This document shows, one piece after another, positions 37,987 to 52,500 of a stretch of 64,000 nucleotides of DNA (the first letter of the stretch is position 1; each line of letters begins with the position of its first letter). This DNA is from Octopus sinensis (Eukaryota). Below the pieces are notes generated by a model. It worked only from the letters and a program-made list of their open reading frames with translations. It made no database searches and was not told where the DNA came from. Location of the stretch: NCBI RefSeq assembly GCF_006345805.1, contig NC_042999.1, positions 34,472,001 to 34,536,000 on the forward strand, given 5' to 3'. Both the position numbers and the translations under genes were made by a program.

Positions 37987-40319
37987 CAATGAATGAGGGT
38001 GCATGACAAAGAGAACTGTGAGAAAGTATAAGCCAACCAGAAATTATATAATAAAGTGCCATTAAATTGCATAACTGTACTATAGTTTGAAGTGTGTGTG
38101 TGTGTGTCGTGAGTGATACAATGGAGAATAATTAGAAAGTGAAGCAAGACTTGATCTATTTTAATTGACTGACGTGAGGAATCGCAAGGAAAGATGCCAT
38201 TGAGAAACGGTTTAACTTCGTAAAAGATGTTTGTCGCTTTGCATGTGTGAATGCCGCAAGAAGAAAAGTACAATAATAAAATCTTTAATTAGAATACACT
38301 AATTGAGCCGATAAGTTTAAGAATATATAAGTACAAGTAACACTGTATGTGTTTAACATCTTTCATCACACACAGTCAACGATGGATCGACTCCAGTCTC
38401 TTTCTCTGATTGAAATAACAGCACCCCTTCTTCAAATTCCAGTTGTACAGGGTAGATCATGATACGTCTCACAGGAATGTCACGATATCACAGCTGGAGT
38501 ATGGAGGGTTTATCATAAGTCTGTTTGGTAAATATTGTCATCGAGTAAAACAAAAACAACTTTTATATAATTTTTATATAATTTATATTAATGTAATTTA
38601 ATTTGGTTTAGGGATCCTAACGTTTTATAGATTTTATTGATAACATTTAAAATGATATATCAAATGTGATGTATATTTGCCATCTAAATGTGGATAACAA
38701 CTAAGGATGGATGTTACTGTAGCTTGTAGCCCCAGGAGAACATCTTCTCCAGCTGGCTACTGACACACTTTCTGTGCCCTATCGGTATTTGAAAAGGGAA
38801 GCCATCCTTCCCATCGTCGACCTGACGTGATACGTGTGGACCTGGGTTTCTGACTATTTACTTGTCATCAGCGCACGACAATCACCGATTTTCGAGGCGA
38901 GGGGTCCCAATACAAATATGTATATCTTTTTTCCAGTGACTTTTCGTCACTGATCTCGAAAAAGTGTAGACAAGCAATATACCTCGTTCAAAGATTTATT
39001 ATTGATATATCATATATTATATTCTGTTGTGTCTGGGGAGAGTCATCCTCTTTTAGTGCCTTATTATTTAACACACTCACCGGTAAAATTTCCACTTATT
39101 TCTTATTTTTATTCTCTAGAATTTTCGTTGCGTGTTGCAACCTTTTCAATAGTCTTGACTATGAAAAGAATATGCTTCAACACACGAACTCATATAAAGA
39201 ATCTTGCAAACCAAAACCAGAGACGAAATATATTATATTGTTATCCTCTTAACATTATTACTCTTAACTTTTTCTCTCAAATACAGATAAATTTGGGCGT
39301 CTGCTTTATTCAATTTCATCAGGTGTTATCGTTGCTATAATTGTTGTTGTTGTGTTGTTGTTGTTGTTATTGCTGTTGGCGTTTTTGTTGTTATTTTTGT
39401 CGTTGATATTACTGCAGTCATTCAGCCGTTCGCACAAACCTTTGATAGAAAGCTTTCCAGTTTTAGACCTAATGCATCTAGGACGGCATTATAGCGCGAA
39501 TTCTTCGCCTTTTTGCGATATCAATGTATGATATGAAAGAGACGTCTCTGTTAGGTGTTTACTACCATGTCAGCTGAGAGTGTTCAAACTCAAGTCTGAA
39601 CGACGTCCTAACGGTGACCATTCTATTGTCTCAGAATGTATATTTCAGATGTACCCTTCCTTTGTAATGACAATACCGTCTGATAGAAATTTTGTTTATT
39701 CTTGAATGTTTTCGAAACTACATGTCGACATTTACGGATTTTATAGAAAAAAATATTCCATTCGTAGATTTAGTAATATGTGTTTTGTGCGTCTGCCAGG
39801 TCCAAAAGTCTTTTATAGTCATATGACTTGTATGGAAGAGATGATACATTCATTTCAATTGAAGTAAATATATTACGTGTCACTGTTCCATCAGTAAGAC
39901 AAGGATAAAAGGTGATGTTAAGTTCAATTGTATTTCAAATCAGAAACTAGAAATAAAGAAGTTGAATACTGAAGTATATTTGTCCAAGGCGTTTGTTGTG
40001 TCTGCCAACAGAAGAAAAAAATTGTCAGTCTCAGAGAACGGCAATGCCAAGCACGACTTATAATCAATCAGTGACATTTACTTACTGAACATTTATATAA
40101 TAAATAACAACCTAAAATCTTTAAAAGATAGTCTAACCGCCATAGACTACAACCACTCTTACATCACATACACACGCACACAAACACACACACACACACT
40201 CGAACACACAAACTCACATATATATATATGTGTGTGTATATATATATATTATATATATAATATATATATATATATATACATATATTTATATATATATATA
40301 AAAATATATATATATGTAT

Positions 40320-40536
<217 letters not shown>

Positions 40537-40615
40537 AATTTATATTTATACTGTAAAATTAGATTTAATCCTAAATCTAATTTTTCCCTGTAAGTTTGGA
40601 TTTACTCCCTAATAT

Positions 40616-40652
<37 letters not shown>

Positions 40653-41972
40653 TTATTTTCCACTTTTATCTGTTTGAGTCAGTAGCGCCTTGACCGTAAT
40701 ATAATGCGTTCAAGTGGATTCTTTGATAATTCTAAATTTCCAATCCGCGAGGTAATTTTTCGGTTAATATTTAGTTGGGAAGGCTAGATGAACTCAGGAC
40801 ACGCGACTCTTTCATATCCCTTTTAGTAATGCTAATTGGATGTCTCCTTGATATCTTTAATCCATCTACAGCATCGAAGAATTTCAAAAATAAGATGCTC
40901 CCGTGAAAAAGACATCAGGATCTTAGACTAGAGAATGGAATCTCTTTGTAAGCAACCCTTTTTAAGTGTGTCACAATTTTCGTCTATTTTCTGTCTAGAA
41001 TGTCGGCATATGCTATTTGAATATCATCCCAGATATGGCAGAGTACTCTATTACAGGCCTCACTTAAATTCTTTGGAAAGTTAGTATCTACTGCTAAAAT
41101 ACTTTGTATCTCCAAAGAGAAAAGCCTCTTTTTGATAGCAGTGAGTTTCGTCGGGGATTTTGAGACCTAGCATTTCTAGGAATCATGAGAGTTCTAGAAT
41201 TACGATGTTCAATTTTAGGTGGTATGAGAAGTAATAATAATTTCTTGAAAAGTTAATTTTGCCTTGTTAGTAATACGTAGCTCAAATATTATATATTGGA
41301 TAGAGTTTTCTTGTTCTCTGCTCGTGGACTCCTGGCAAATTTGGCGTGATTTCTTGTGTATAGATGACACATTGAAAGATTGGTTTAATTTGTATAGATG
41401 CTAGAGTTATTGCATGGGACGACAATTAACTAATTGACGTATAGCAATAATAGATGCAATTATAGACAAAATTGAATCTTCAATTATGCCATTATCAATA
41501 CAGTATTGATCAGAGATAGATCCACCAGCACAGGCTACGACATAAATCGACCAATATACGAAACGAGTGCTAGATAGTGTACATGGTTGGGAAATTTAAT
41601 CATACAGTGTGTGCTTAATCTGTGTTTAATCTGTGTTTATTATTGGAATTTAAATATCAATATTAAATATATGTTCGCGCTATTTCATACGAAGTATACA
41701 AGAGTAATAACATGATCTATAAATTCATAATGTGGAATGTTCAAGGTGGCCAATTTATTCATGCAAAATGACTCAAACAATCATATAATAAGAGACAGCT
41801 GCTTTGAATAAAAACAGATTCATATTATTACAATGTAGAAATGTCTCGAGTCAGTATCCATAAATAATACTTTAAAGCCGAAATCCAGATAGCAAAAAGT
41901 TTATCATTCACATGATTTGCGAAATTAACGTCATTAACGTATGACATATATGATCATAAATATCACTGAATG

Positions 41973-42052
<80 letters not shown>

Positions 42053-42459
42053 CATATATATATACATATATATACATACACATACATATATGTGTGAGGG
42101 GTGTAGCCATTGAATTGATTCAGTCATTTGACTGCGGCCATGCTGGAGCGCCGCCTTTAATCGAACCCAGGACTTATTCTTTGTAAGCCTAGTACTTATT
42201 CTATCGGCCCCGGCCCCTTTTGCCGAACCGCTAAGTTACGGTTGTCAAGCGCTAGTTGATGAACAAATACAGATATACAAACGTCCACACACAACTCAAC
42301 TTGTCTCATATATATCACTGTAAGAACTAGTATATCTGAAGCCCATCCACGGGTTTACAATTTACAATTGTGGTGAACCATAACTTTGAACCCCACCAAA
42401 ATATTACTTAGAGTTCTTCACTAATCTAAGTAATATTGTTAAACTTTCCCTCCACTAAT

Positions 42460-43745
42460 CTTCTATAGAACGCCTTCGTGAAGTTGAAGTAGCACAAGCT
42501 TGATCCCGGACGGCAGAGTTGCTCGAGAGCATAGCAATTCTCGCGGTGCCATTGTCCCAGCCTCGACCTCTGTCTGATCCACGATTGCAGTTCGGACAAA
42601 GAAACGAGCTGCTAGAAAGCGCGTCTCACAAAGGGTGACCGCACCTGTTGACCGTCGTCTATGAAACGCTGGAGATTTTGCAGTCTCAGCGTATGCCTGC
42701 GCGTCATTGACCACAGCATGACAAGCCCTGCATTTAGAGGATGTTGGTAGCAAATGGAGCGCCTGACCATCGGTACGCTTCCCTTCTACAAAAACCGGAA
42801 GTGTATGCCATCCAGTTTTGTGATGGTAGGGTTGGGACAAGGCACGACGGTCAAACGCTATTAGATGACGGATACGATATTTGCATTCGTCATCTCAGTC
42901 CAACCTTTTAGATATAGCTTCATCTCGGCCCATTGCTGGTTGAGAGTGGCCACCCTACACGTTATCTCGTCCAAGTTCTTCTCTATTTGGTTGTCTTGAC
43001 CGAATCAGACAATGAGCAATTTAATCGGTCCGTCGGTCTAGTGTCCTACGATGGAAACACAGTTTTAACGGCATGAGCTTGCTTCTCCAGGTGCCGAGCC
43101 GCAAGCCCACTAACTTTTCAGGATTAAGTTTCGCTCTCTTTACCAATTTGTATTCATTTGGTGAATCGCCGACCAGGTTGATATGCCTGTGGCTCGACAC
43201 TCTGACGGTGACATCGTTCACGTATGCAGACACGCACCTCCCTCGTCCAGTTCTCGCGAGACCCCCCTCAGCGTCGCCAGCTTCCAAAGCAGTGGTTCTA
43301 GAGACAATACATAATGAAGCGACGAGAGGAGGCGTCCTTGATTGATCAAACGCGTGGTGTTAAATAGTCTGGATAGATCATCATTTACGCGAACTACCGA
43401 GCGGATGCCGCTGTATAAAGTAGCGATCCAACCGCGGAAGTCGGGACCGAAACTAGCAGCACTAAAGACAGCCTCTATGTATCAATCGTCGACCCTATCG
43501 AAAGCTTTTGATTGATCCAAATTGATCTGCGCCACACCTATGCCAGGTGCCTGAACTACACTTTCTATGATGTAGCGCATCACATGAAGGTTGTCATGGA
43601 TACTTCTGCTCGGCACAGTGCCTTGTCGACTAGTTTCTCGATGACAAGCGCGATACTCGGCTAGCACCATTGCTAAAATCTTCAAATCAGCGTTGAGGAG
43701 CGTGGTGGGCCGGAAATTATCTATAACGTCTCCCTGGTTAGCGTT
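42460..43745 (-). pseudogene. L1/Tx1-clade LINE RT remnant
   Basis: NFRPTTLLNADLKILAMVLA..VPSRSIHDNLHVMRYIIE..INLDQSKAFDRVD; SAYVNDVTV..AKLNPEKLVGLRLGTWR. Confidence 0.85.
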
Positions 43746-44060
43746 AGGGATAAGGTTTAGGGTTAGGATTAGGGATTTGGGGTTAGGGTTGTCATAAATA
43801 ACAAAATATACACTGCCGAAAGTTCTTGTTGACAAACAGCAGCAGTAATTTTATTCAGCTGAATATAGGTCATTGATTGGTTGAAATTACCGAAATACGA
43901 CAACTTTAACGTGAAATAACTTCGTAAATATAAACTTTTCTCAAAAACGCTAAGTTTAAAAGATATTTTATATGACACATTTTGCCAGTGTCCGAACTTT
44001 AAAAGTGTTTAGTTAAAAAAAAAAAACTTTTTAAATCTGTCGGTCAAAAGGTAAAGATCC
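43745..44060. mobile_element. Truncated relative of the 12047-12473 MITE (TTAGGG-like array + right TIR)
   Basis: ttagggttaggattaggg array, shared 'gattggttgaaatt', and end aaatctgtcggtcaaaaggtaaagatcc similar to aaaactgccgttcaaaccgaaaagatcc. Confidence 0.75.
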
Positions 44061-44300
44061 TAATTTTTTTGCTAATGTTTTCCGAGATACTTACTAGGGT
44101 GATGAGTTTTATAATTGTACCTTCCTTGAATAAAAGCGATCTGGGTTCGATCAATTGTTGCGGTGTGAATCAAACTATTTGCTTTCTTTGCCTCGGAATT
44201 GAAACAAAGTTGCTTTGTGTGTTCGTGTTGTTGATGGTGGTGATGGTGGTGGTGGTGGTGGTGGTGGTGGTGGTGGTGGCAGCGACGGTATGAATTTATA

Positions 44301-44533
44301 AGGCGGCGAGCTGGCAGAAACGTTAGCACGCCGGGTGAAATGCTTTGCGGTATTTCGTCTGTCGTTACGTTCTCAGTTCAAATTCCGCCGAGGTCGACTT
44401 TGCCTTTCATCCTTTCGGGGTCGATAAATTAAGTACCAGTTACGCACTGGGGTCGATATAATCGACTTAATACCTATGTCTGTCCTGGTTTGTCCCCTCT
44501 ATGTTTAGACCCTTGTGGGTAATAAAGAAATAG
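44301..44533 (+). mobile_element. tRNA-derived SINE, full length
   Basis: aggcggcgagctggcagaaacgttagc..cagttcaaattccgccgaggtcgac..aataaagaaatag; other copies at 8331-8559, 10108-10339 and 58741-58908. Confidence 0.9.
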
Positions 44534-44982
44534 GTATGAATAGATGTATACCCATTGTTGCTAATTTCCTTCCCTACTTTGTTTGAAGGATCGCTAGTGT
44601 CACAAACTGGGACAACGTTGTTTGACTCTGTGTGTGTGAGCTTAAGTTCTTGCTTTTTTCCTTCTTCCCAGCGTCTGTTAACGGGGAAACGGCAATTACT
44701 TTGAAATGGAAGGGGACGTTTGTATCCCCAGAAAAGCTATTCATTTTCAGCATAGATTGAAAAAACAGAATTTATGAAATTTAAAATGTGAAAATATACC
44801 CTCAAAGGATGGACTTTCGTGAGAGGGACTTGCTCACACAAATGTTGTTACCCAACTATTTACATAAATTCCATATAAATACGCATCAGTGAAAACGACA
44901 AATTTTTAGACATAGGCAGACGAAAACGACAACAGCCAATCAGATAGATAGCTGGCTCTCTAGCTAGCTAGCTATCAAGAAA

Positions 44983-45247
<265 letters not shown>

Positions 45248-45421
45248 ACATTGATGATCTAGGAGAGTGAAACTCAAAACTTCTCTCCCCAATCATTCGC
45301 CAGGTTAGCAACCAACTTGCTTTCACAAAATCTGTTGTACATGTATTGTTTCTAGCAGTTTGAGGCTAACACTGAGAGTACTTAGTCCATTCCACTACAA
45401 GTATTGTGAATAATATATATG

Positions 45422-45712
45422 CTGGTGTGTAGTAAATAGCTCGCTTACCAACCACATGGTTCCAGGTTCAGTGGCACCTTGAGCAGGTGTCTTGTACTAT
45501 AAGTCTCGGGCCGAGCAAATCCCTCTAAGTGGATTTGATAGATGGAAATTGAAAGGAGCCAATCGTGTATATATATATATATCCGATAGTCTTCTTTCCC
45601 TTTCCTTCAACCAATTCCACTCACAAGGCTTTGTTCGGCCCGAGGCTATAGTAGAAGACACCTGTCAAAGTTGTGATACAGTGGGACTGAACCCCGAACC
45701 ATGTAGCTGGTA
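45422..45712. mobile_element. Two SINE heads in inverted (tail-to-tail) arrangement
   Basis: 45422-45575 (+) and 45598-45712 (-) both match the 268-410 SINE head/core. Confidence 0.8.
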
Positions 45713-45880
45713 ATAATAACTAATGACTTCTTCAATTTTGATTGAGTTTTAAATTTAAACCATTTCAAATTTTGAATGAAACAACAAGAAGTTTCCAGCA
45801 AAAGAATTGTAACCTAAAGTTGTATTTGAAATTTGGAAAAAAACTCGAAGTAAAAACGCAGAAAGCTCCAAGAAATTTAC

Positions 45881-46530
45881 CACCAGAATTCAAAGAAACT
45901 TGCACGGCTAGCGAGCTTTGATATAAGAATCTCAAAATCAAGTATCCATCATGTTTTGAAACACTGCCGTTGGAAAAGTTAAATTCTCAGAATAGTCAAA
46001 GCTTTCAATTAACATGATGGGTGCCGAAGAGTAGAGTTATGCGACGTCAACTTGTCAAGATGTGTAGAAGTTATACACACTCCAACAAAGATTGTTTAGC
46101 GTAATGATGCCTCAACTTCATCTAGTAGGGACCTGAGAAAGCACATAACACGGTGTTACAGTTATAGTATGGTACACCTTAACATCGAAATGATTATTTG
46201 GACCATACGCCTTTGACAGTATTGTAACTTGTCCCGTTGAATTTAGATTTGCTGCGAAAATGTTGAGTTCAATTTCTAGGAATATAAAGCACCGGCACTA
46301 AGATAGTAGGGTGCAGACCTATTCTGAAGGCCAGATGGACTGGTTCAAAGTGTTCGTAAGGGATATTGATGGAGTTACTTAACAACAGAAAAACAACAAC
46401 CCTATAACAGAAGGCAGTCATTTAACGAGGATTCCTCACGAATACCACAACAAATGTTTCTAAAAATTTTCGATTCTGTTGCTTGCCTGGAACAGAACGG
46501 TGATTAATTGAAAACAGATATTCATAAAAC
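45881..46530 (+). pseudogene. Decayed Tc1/mariner (DD37D/maT-like) transposase fragments
   Basis: 45881-46045: SKKLARLASFDIRISKSSIHHVLKHCRWKS*ILRIVKAFN*HDGCRRVELC (HTH + 'D..R..FC'-type motif); weak C-terminal CLEQNG near 46490. Confidence 0.5.
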
Positions 46531-46877
46531 AAATCGTTTTGACCTTCGAACTGGCCGGTCAGTCTAAGGAATACTCTGTTCGGTGTTCGCGCGATTGCAG
46601 CACCCATCAGAGTATATATATATATATATATATACGTTACAATTCTCTACCAGTGTGGCTTTTGCAAGTTTGGTAATTATTGGAGAAAATTTTATATGAT
46701 GAAGGATAGAAATGTATGCAAAACGTACTTGAGATTGGCTTGTAAATGTATTTCTCGTGTTTATTCACATTATTTAATGCTAAAATGCAAAGCCAGCTTT
46801 CTTCACAGCAATATTCATACCGTGAAATTGAATTTGGAGACTAGCCAAAGGACAACTCTCAATATCAAATATTATAC

Positions 46878-46957
46878 GTATGTATGTATGTATGTATGTA
46901 TGTATGTATGTATGTATGTATGTATGTATGTATGTATGTATGTATGTATGTATGTAT
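46878..46957. repeat. (ATGT)n microsatellite
   Basis: Direct inspection. Confidence 0.98.
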
Positions 46958-47002
46958 AGTCATAGGATATTAAGTCATTCATTATATTTATATACACACA
47001 TG

Positions 47003-47052
<50 letters not shown>

Positions 47053-48599
47053 TATGTTTACTTGAAGGAAAATGACGTTTGTTGATAATGTCTGTCTTTT
47101 ACCAGAAGTGTGCACAAACTCATTGCTACAAATATAACGTTTGGAGTGATACAAATGTGTGAAAGATGCAAATGAAAATGCTATCAACCAATAGTACAAC
47201 TAACCTATCTGATAATTGCTCTTGGAAAATTGCTTTTCGAATTGTATAAACTCGAAAATGTAGATACTATAAACTACATAGTAAATGAGAAACCGATCAA
47301 ATTGAACAGATGCTTTCCCTCTTGCCTTAACCACTACGGAATCTCTGAGACAGAGGAAACATCAGCGACATATATCTTTTCCCAGAGATACAGTCCCACT
47401 AATGCTATGCTACAGTTCAGCGACAACTTCTCCTGTTAACCTACTGTAAAATGAGACGTTATGGATAGCAAAACTCTCTAATCAGTGCCAATAGATGCAC
47501 TAGAGACGCAATCCCTGAAATGAAACACCTCCAAGTCTCAAATTTCATTGCTTTTTTTTCTATGTTTATGATACGAATTCATATAATATATGATAATCTG
47601 CTATTATTTCTCGACAATTTTCTTCACACCCTCCAACTACGCTGTAATGCATATACTCTCTAGACGATCTTCAGAAAACAATACGAAACACTTCGATGTA
47701 TATTTAATTAGGAAGACGTTTCTGCTTCCCAACGAATGGTTGGGATTGAATAGCAAGATCCCCCAACTCATACTCAGGGTCCCAATCTCACTTGAACTGA
47801 AGCATGCACATCGCCTGATCGATATGAAAACAACTCATATTTGTTTTTCACTTCCAAAGAAAACGTAATAGCATTCCTAAAATGTTTGCAGAGAACCGAC
47901 AGAATGAATGACTTCAGAACAGGTCAGCAAAAAGGTCTAATTTCGAGGAAGTCCTCTAAGGCCGACGAGTAAATGTTTCGGCTGATTACTACTTAACCCC
48001 CTTCTAGTCCCCCTTCTAGTCGACTCGCTCCAGGGCCGTTTCTGTTCATCCAGTTTCGCTTCATTGAGACAGAATAGCATTACTATTTGCCTCATTAAAG
48101 TTTTCGATGTTGCGTAGCCAGATTCGTGACAAAATCTGCTCTGATCAGTAGTGAAAGGTTTTAAAAATGTATGCTCCTCAACTTGGCCTTAACGTGCAAA
48201 TCAGACTTAACGTAGCTGAGTACGCTGTCACGTAGCCCATCGAGTATGCACCTCCAATCATCGAATATGGACATCCACTCATCGAGCATACACCTCCACT
48301 TCTTCTTGCTTTCTCATAAATTTGTATATGCGATAGGTTTTTTTTAAAGTTTTTACATACCTATATCATAAATGCATCCATATGCCCAATAGTATATCTT
48401 ACTGGTGCTGACAACATGATGCCCGACGCATCAGTATCAAGTTATTGTCAGTCTTTTTGTTAACTCTTCACAACATTGCACACTCAACATGTTGACTTTG
48501 AATGTCTGGCATGTGGATCACGAGACACTGGGTGGGAAAGTTGAATCCACGTAGATGGCACGTACAGCACCATCAACTGTTGCCAATTTTATGATAAAA

Positions 48600-49450
48600 A
48601 CCTGCTTCTCGTTCATCTCACCCTAAGAAAAGTAACCATACTCGGAACTCGCCGAGTAACTCGAAAATCGGCCCAGAATTCATGGAATCGAGAGAGAAGG
48701 AGTTGGTAAAGTTGACTAAGATATTGCACTAATTGAAACTCATTCTGCCCTACTATTACTAAAGAATTGCTTCGAGCTACTAAGTTCCACTTTTTGTAAC
48801 TCAGTATACCATGCTGACAGCAATCAGAGCGTATTGATTGTATCAAATATATATTTCGCTTGTGTGTGAAATTCAGTTGTTGTACCTGTGACTAAATTAA
48901 ACGTCCCGTGAGTATCAGCATCCCTGGTGGTCCCCGCTATGCGCTCTGTAAAGAATCCCCAAGTCCTCCACAACGCATCGTAGCAGAATGAGGAGTGAGT
49001 TTGAGACAGCACAAGCAGTTAGTAATTACTAACATTTCGCTGTCCCCTAGAATGCAACCAGTGAATAAAAACAAGGCAACATCAAATGAATTCCCAACAC
49101 TACAAGATTAAAATCCCTCCTCGAAAAAAATCACTTGCCTATGGGATGCCTCGAAACAAAACATCGTTTTCTATCTCAAAGTTGTTCCCTCTTCATCAAC
49201 GGGTACTTTCTCGAAGACGAGTGAGCAAACATTGCGGTTGACCTAGGCCTTGCTCTCAATTTGTCTAAGTCACCTAAATGTGTCGCCTCTTGTGAGAGAC
49301 AGTCCGTAATCTTCCTGCCCATGCCCTTATTATCAAAATGCAAAACACTTCCTGCACCACACTGCATCTTTAGGAGGCTATTAAATGGTGCGTTTGTGGC
49401 TTCAGGTTTCCTATCACAACTGGAGAATGAATTCGACAGCGGCAATGACA
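48600..49450 (-). pseudogene. Possible very old L1/Tx1-type endonuclease remnant
   Basis: Weak fragments only (LSQEATH ~ QETH; VDEEGT ~ D.EGR; RDFNLVV ~ GDFN). Confidence 0.3.
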
Positions 49451-49509
49451 AGCGTCCGAAGAAGAAACAATGTGTTTGTGTAAGACGTGTTTGTGTAATA
49501 CATATGTAA

Positions 49510-52500
49510 TCTCTCTATATATAAACGGCAGTTTGTCTGTGCGTGCTTCTGTGTGTCTGTTTTCTCGTACCCTCACCCTGACCACGGCTTTCAACCGATT
49601 CTGATGAAACTTGACACACACATAGCCCAATGTCATAATTCAAAACTAACGAAGCGAAAATTTTGAAAAGTTCCCCCAGTTCTGAAAAAAATTGATAAAT
49701 TCGACATGGGGTCGAGAATCATAAACATGAACCACAGACTGTCTAGGGGACGCAACTCGAGAATCTAAGCTTTTTTTATGCAACGCATTATCTATGGTAG
49801 TTTTCACAACTTGCAATCGATTTTCACCAAACTCATGGTGAAGCTTAATGTTACCCTAAGAAACTCAATTCTGACGTTAGTTTTCCATGCAATACCTTAC
49901 CATCAGAAACAATCGATAAAATCATGCCATTTTGGGAAATCGCGTTCAAATTCAAGATGACATATTTTCGACAATATCTTTCACAAATTGGCAGGAATCT
50001 TTTTTTTTTCACAACGAGCATCATGTCTGCTCCAAGGAGCTATATAGCCCTTTTTATTCCAATAGGATACATTATTGGAAAAAATCGGTTAATTTAATCA
50101 TATGTGGCACACATAGCAAACAAATTTGTGTATTAAACACAAACCAGACTGTCTAGGGGACGCAACTTGACCTTTTTAGCTATCGATAATTCGATCCAAC
50201 CAATTCCTACCAGGAAGAAATTACATTCGAGACTTTACCCCCAACATCGCTACTTCTGCTAATAGCTGCTGCAGCCGCAAGTTATTCGAATACTTTTTGG
50301 GTTTAAACTTTCTTTATAACTACCACCCCAAACGTTTTACCTTCAATTTTTGACGTACCCTAACGGTCCTCGGACGCTACTTGCAAACTCTTGGTTTATT
50401 ATAAACCACTTTTGTCGTGTGCATCAAAAAACTTTTCCTTTCGTTTGTTCAGTTTGATCACTTTTGACTTTTTCGTTGTTGTCACTCACATTGCTGCCAG
50501 CTTTTTGGCCGTTTTTGTACATTTTTATACATTTTCGGATACTTACCCCACGAGCTCCTTTTTATTACACCTTTACCAAACACATTGCTATCCACCAAAT
50601 TACTTACCCCACGTGTTCCTTTTTATTACACCTTTGCCAAACACATTGCTATCCACCAAAATGCCACCCAAGAAGAGAAGGACCCTCCTCAGCCCTCGGA
50701 CGGCCAAGGCATCGGCTGCTAGGGCTAGAAGGGCACGCGGGACCCACGAGGAAACCGCCTTGCGCCTCTCGCAAACAGCTTCCCGTTATGCCGCTGCTCA
50801 GGCATCTGAAACTACTAGCGACCGTTCTACCCGACTTGCAAGGGTCGCAGCGTACAGATCTTCCCTCCGCTCGAGGTTGACGAAAGAGCAACAGTCCAGC
50901 CAAAACATGCGGGCTTCTTACTGTGCTTCCATCCGCAGAGCTCGCGAGAACCCCGAACAAAGGGCCATTTGGAATGCGGCTAACGCCACTAGCACTGCCA
51001 GGACACGATCTGTCGAAACCTCACAGCAGAGGAGAACTCGCCAAGATGCTGACGCCGCAAACAAAGCCATGGCCAAAGCTGCCGAAACACCTCAACAGAG
51101 GAGAGCTCGCCAAGCTGCTAACGCCGCAAACACAGCCAGGGCTCGATCTGCCGAAACTCCACACCAACGGACTATTCGGACATCCAGACATACCATTAAC
51201 ACTGCTTCTGCTAGGGCTTCAGAGGGTGCTAAGGCGAGAGCTGAAAGGCTTTCAAGGGATTCCACTGCTACCGCTGTCGCACGTGCATCTGAATCTGCTG
51301 AGGCACGGTGCACTCGACTTGAGAGTATCAACAAACGTCGGGATATCATTCGTGGTGTACGTACCCCTGCCCCCGCTTTCTGGTTGTCACTAGCATTCAA
51401 CTACGACGCCACAATTAACTTCTCCTTGCGTGACGACATCAAGATAGGGTCAATGATAATTGTATGCCAGTTTTGCAAAGCCAAGAAATGGCCCGGAGAG
51501 CCACCTGGTTTGTGCTGCTCTGGTGGCAAAGTGGACCTGCCACCCCTACGGGAACCACCTCAACCACTGAAGGATCTCGCGGCGGGTTTAACCCCCGATT
51601 CGTCACAATTCCTTGAAATAATTCGAAAGTACAACTGCTCATTCGAAATGACCTCTTTCGGGGCCAAAATTCCTCCCAGAGAAGGCTGGATGCCTACTTT
51701 CAAAGTGCAGGGACAGGTCTACCATCTTATTGGGTCGCTTCTGCCAGACGAGATTCAGCAGTCTTCTTTCCTCCAAATATACTTCATTGCCGACTACAAC
51801 CACCAGGTTGATGCACGCCTTGGAATAATACCGGGTACAAGCTATGTTCCCCGCAAAGACATTCTTCTCCGTCTCCAAACCATGCTTCATGATATCAACA
51901 GCTACGTCTGCAGCTTCAGATATGCCTTGGACAGTGCTCCTTCTCCAAACTTCACCGTTGTCATTGATGCTGATAAACGACCCCACGGGGAGCACGAACG
52001 CCGTTTCAACGCACCTGCGTGCAACGAAATTGCCGCAGTTATACACGGAGAGCAACACAACAGCCGTGACATAATCATCTCCTCCCGTGGTAACAACCTA
52101 CACAGGATCAGCGAGACTCACAGATCTTATGACGCGCTTCAGTATCCATTGCTTTTCCCTTATGGGGAAGACGGCTACCACTTCGGAATTCCTTTAGGGC
52201 AGCCCTCCAATCAAACTACTGCGGCATCAAAGACGGTTTCCTGCAGGGCGTTCTACTCATACCGGTTCATGGTCAGGGAGGGTGAGTTCAACTTATTGCC
52301 CCGTTGTCGTCAGCTATTCAACCAGTTCGCCGTCGACATGGCCGCAAAAATGGAATCGGAAAGGCTGCTATACATTAAACTTAATCAGACCAAACTTCGC
52401 TCCGACTCCTACATTCATCTCCGTGACGGTTTGCAACAAGAAAATGACCCTCGCAACATCGGCAAGCCATGCATTCTACCCTCCACCTTCACGGGAGGAC

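Noticed and set aside
50391-50660. N-terminal extension of the 805-aa Helitron ORF
   Set aside because: It starts at TTG and crosses a T-rich leader with a tandem duplication; ATG 50661 (MPPKKRR) is the more plausible start.
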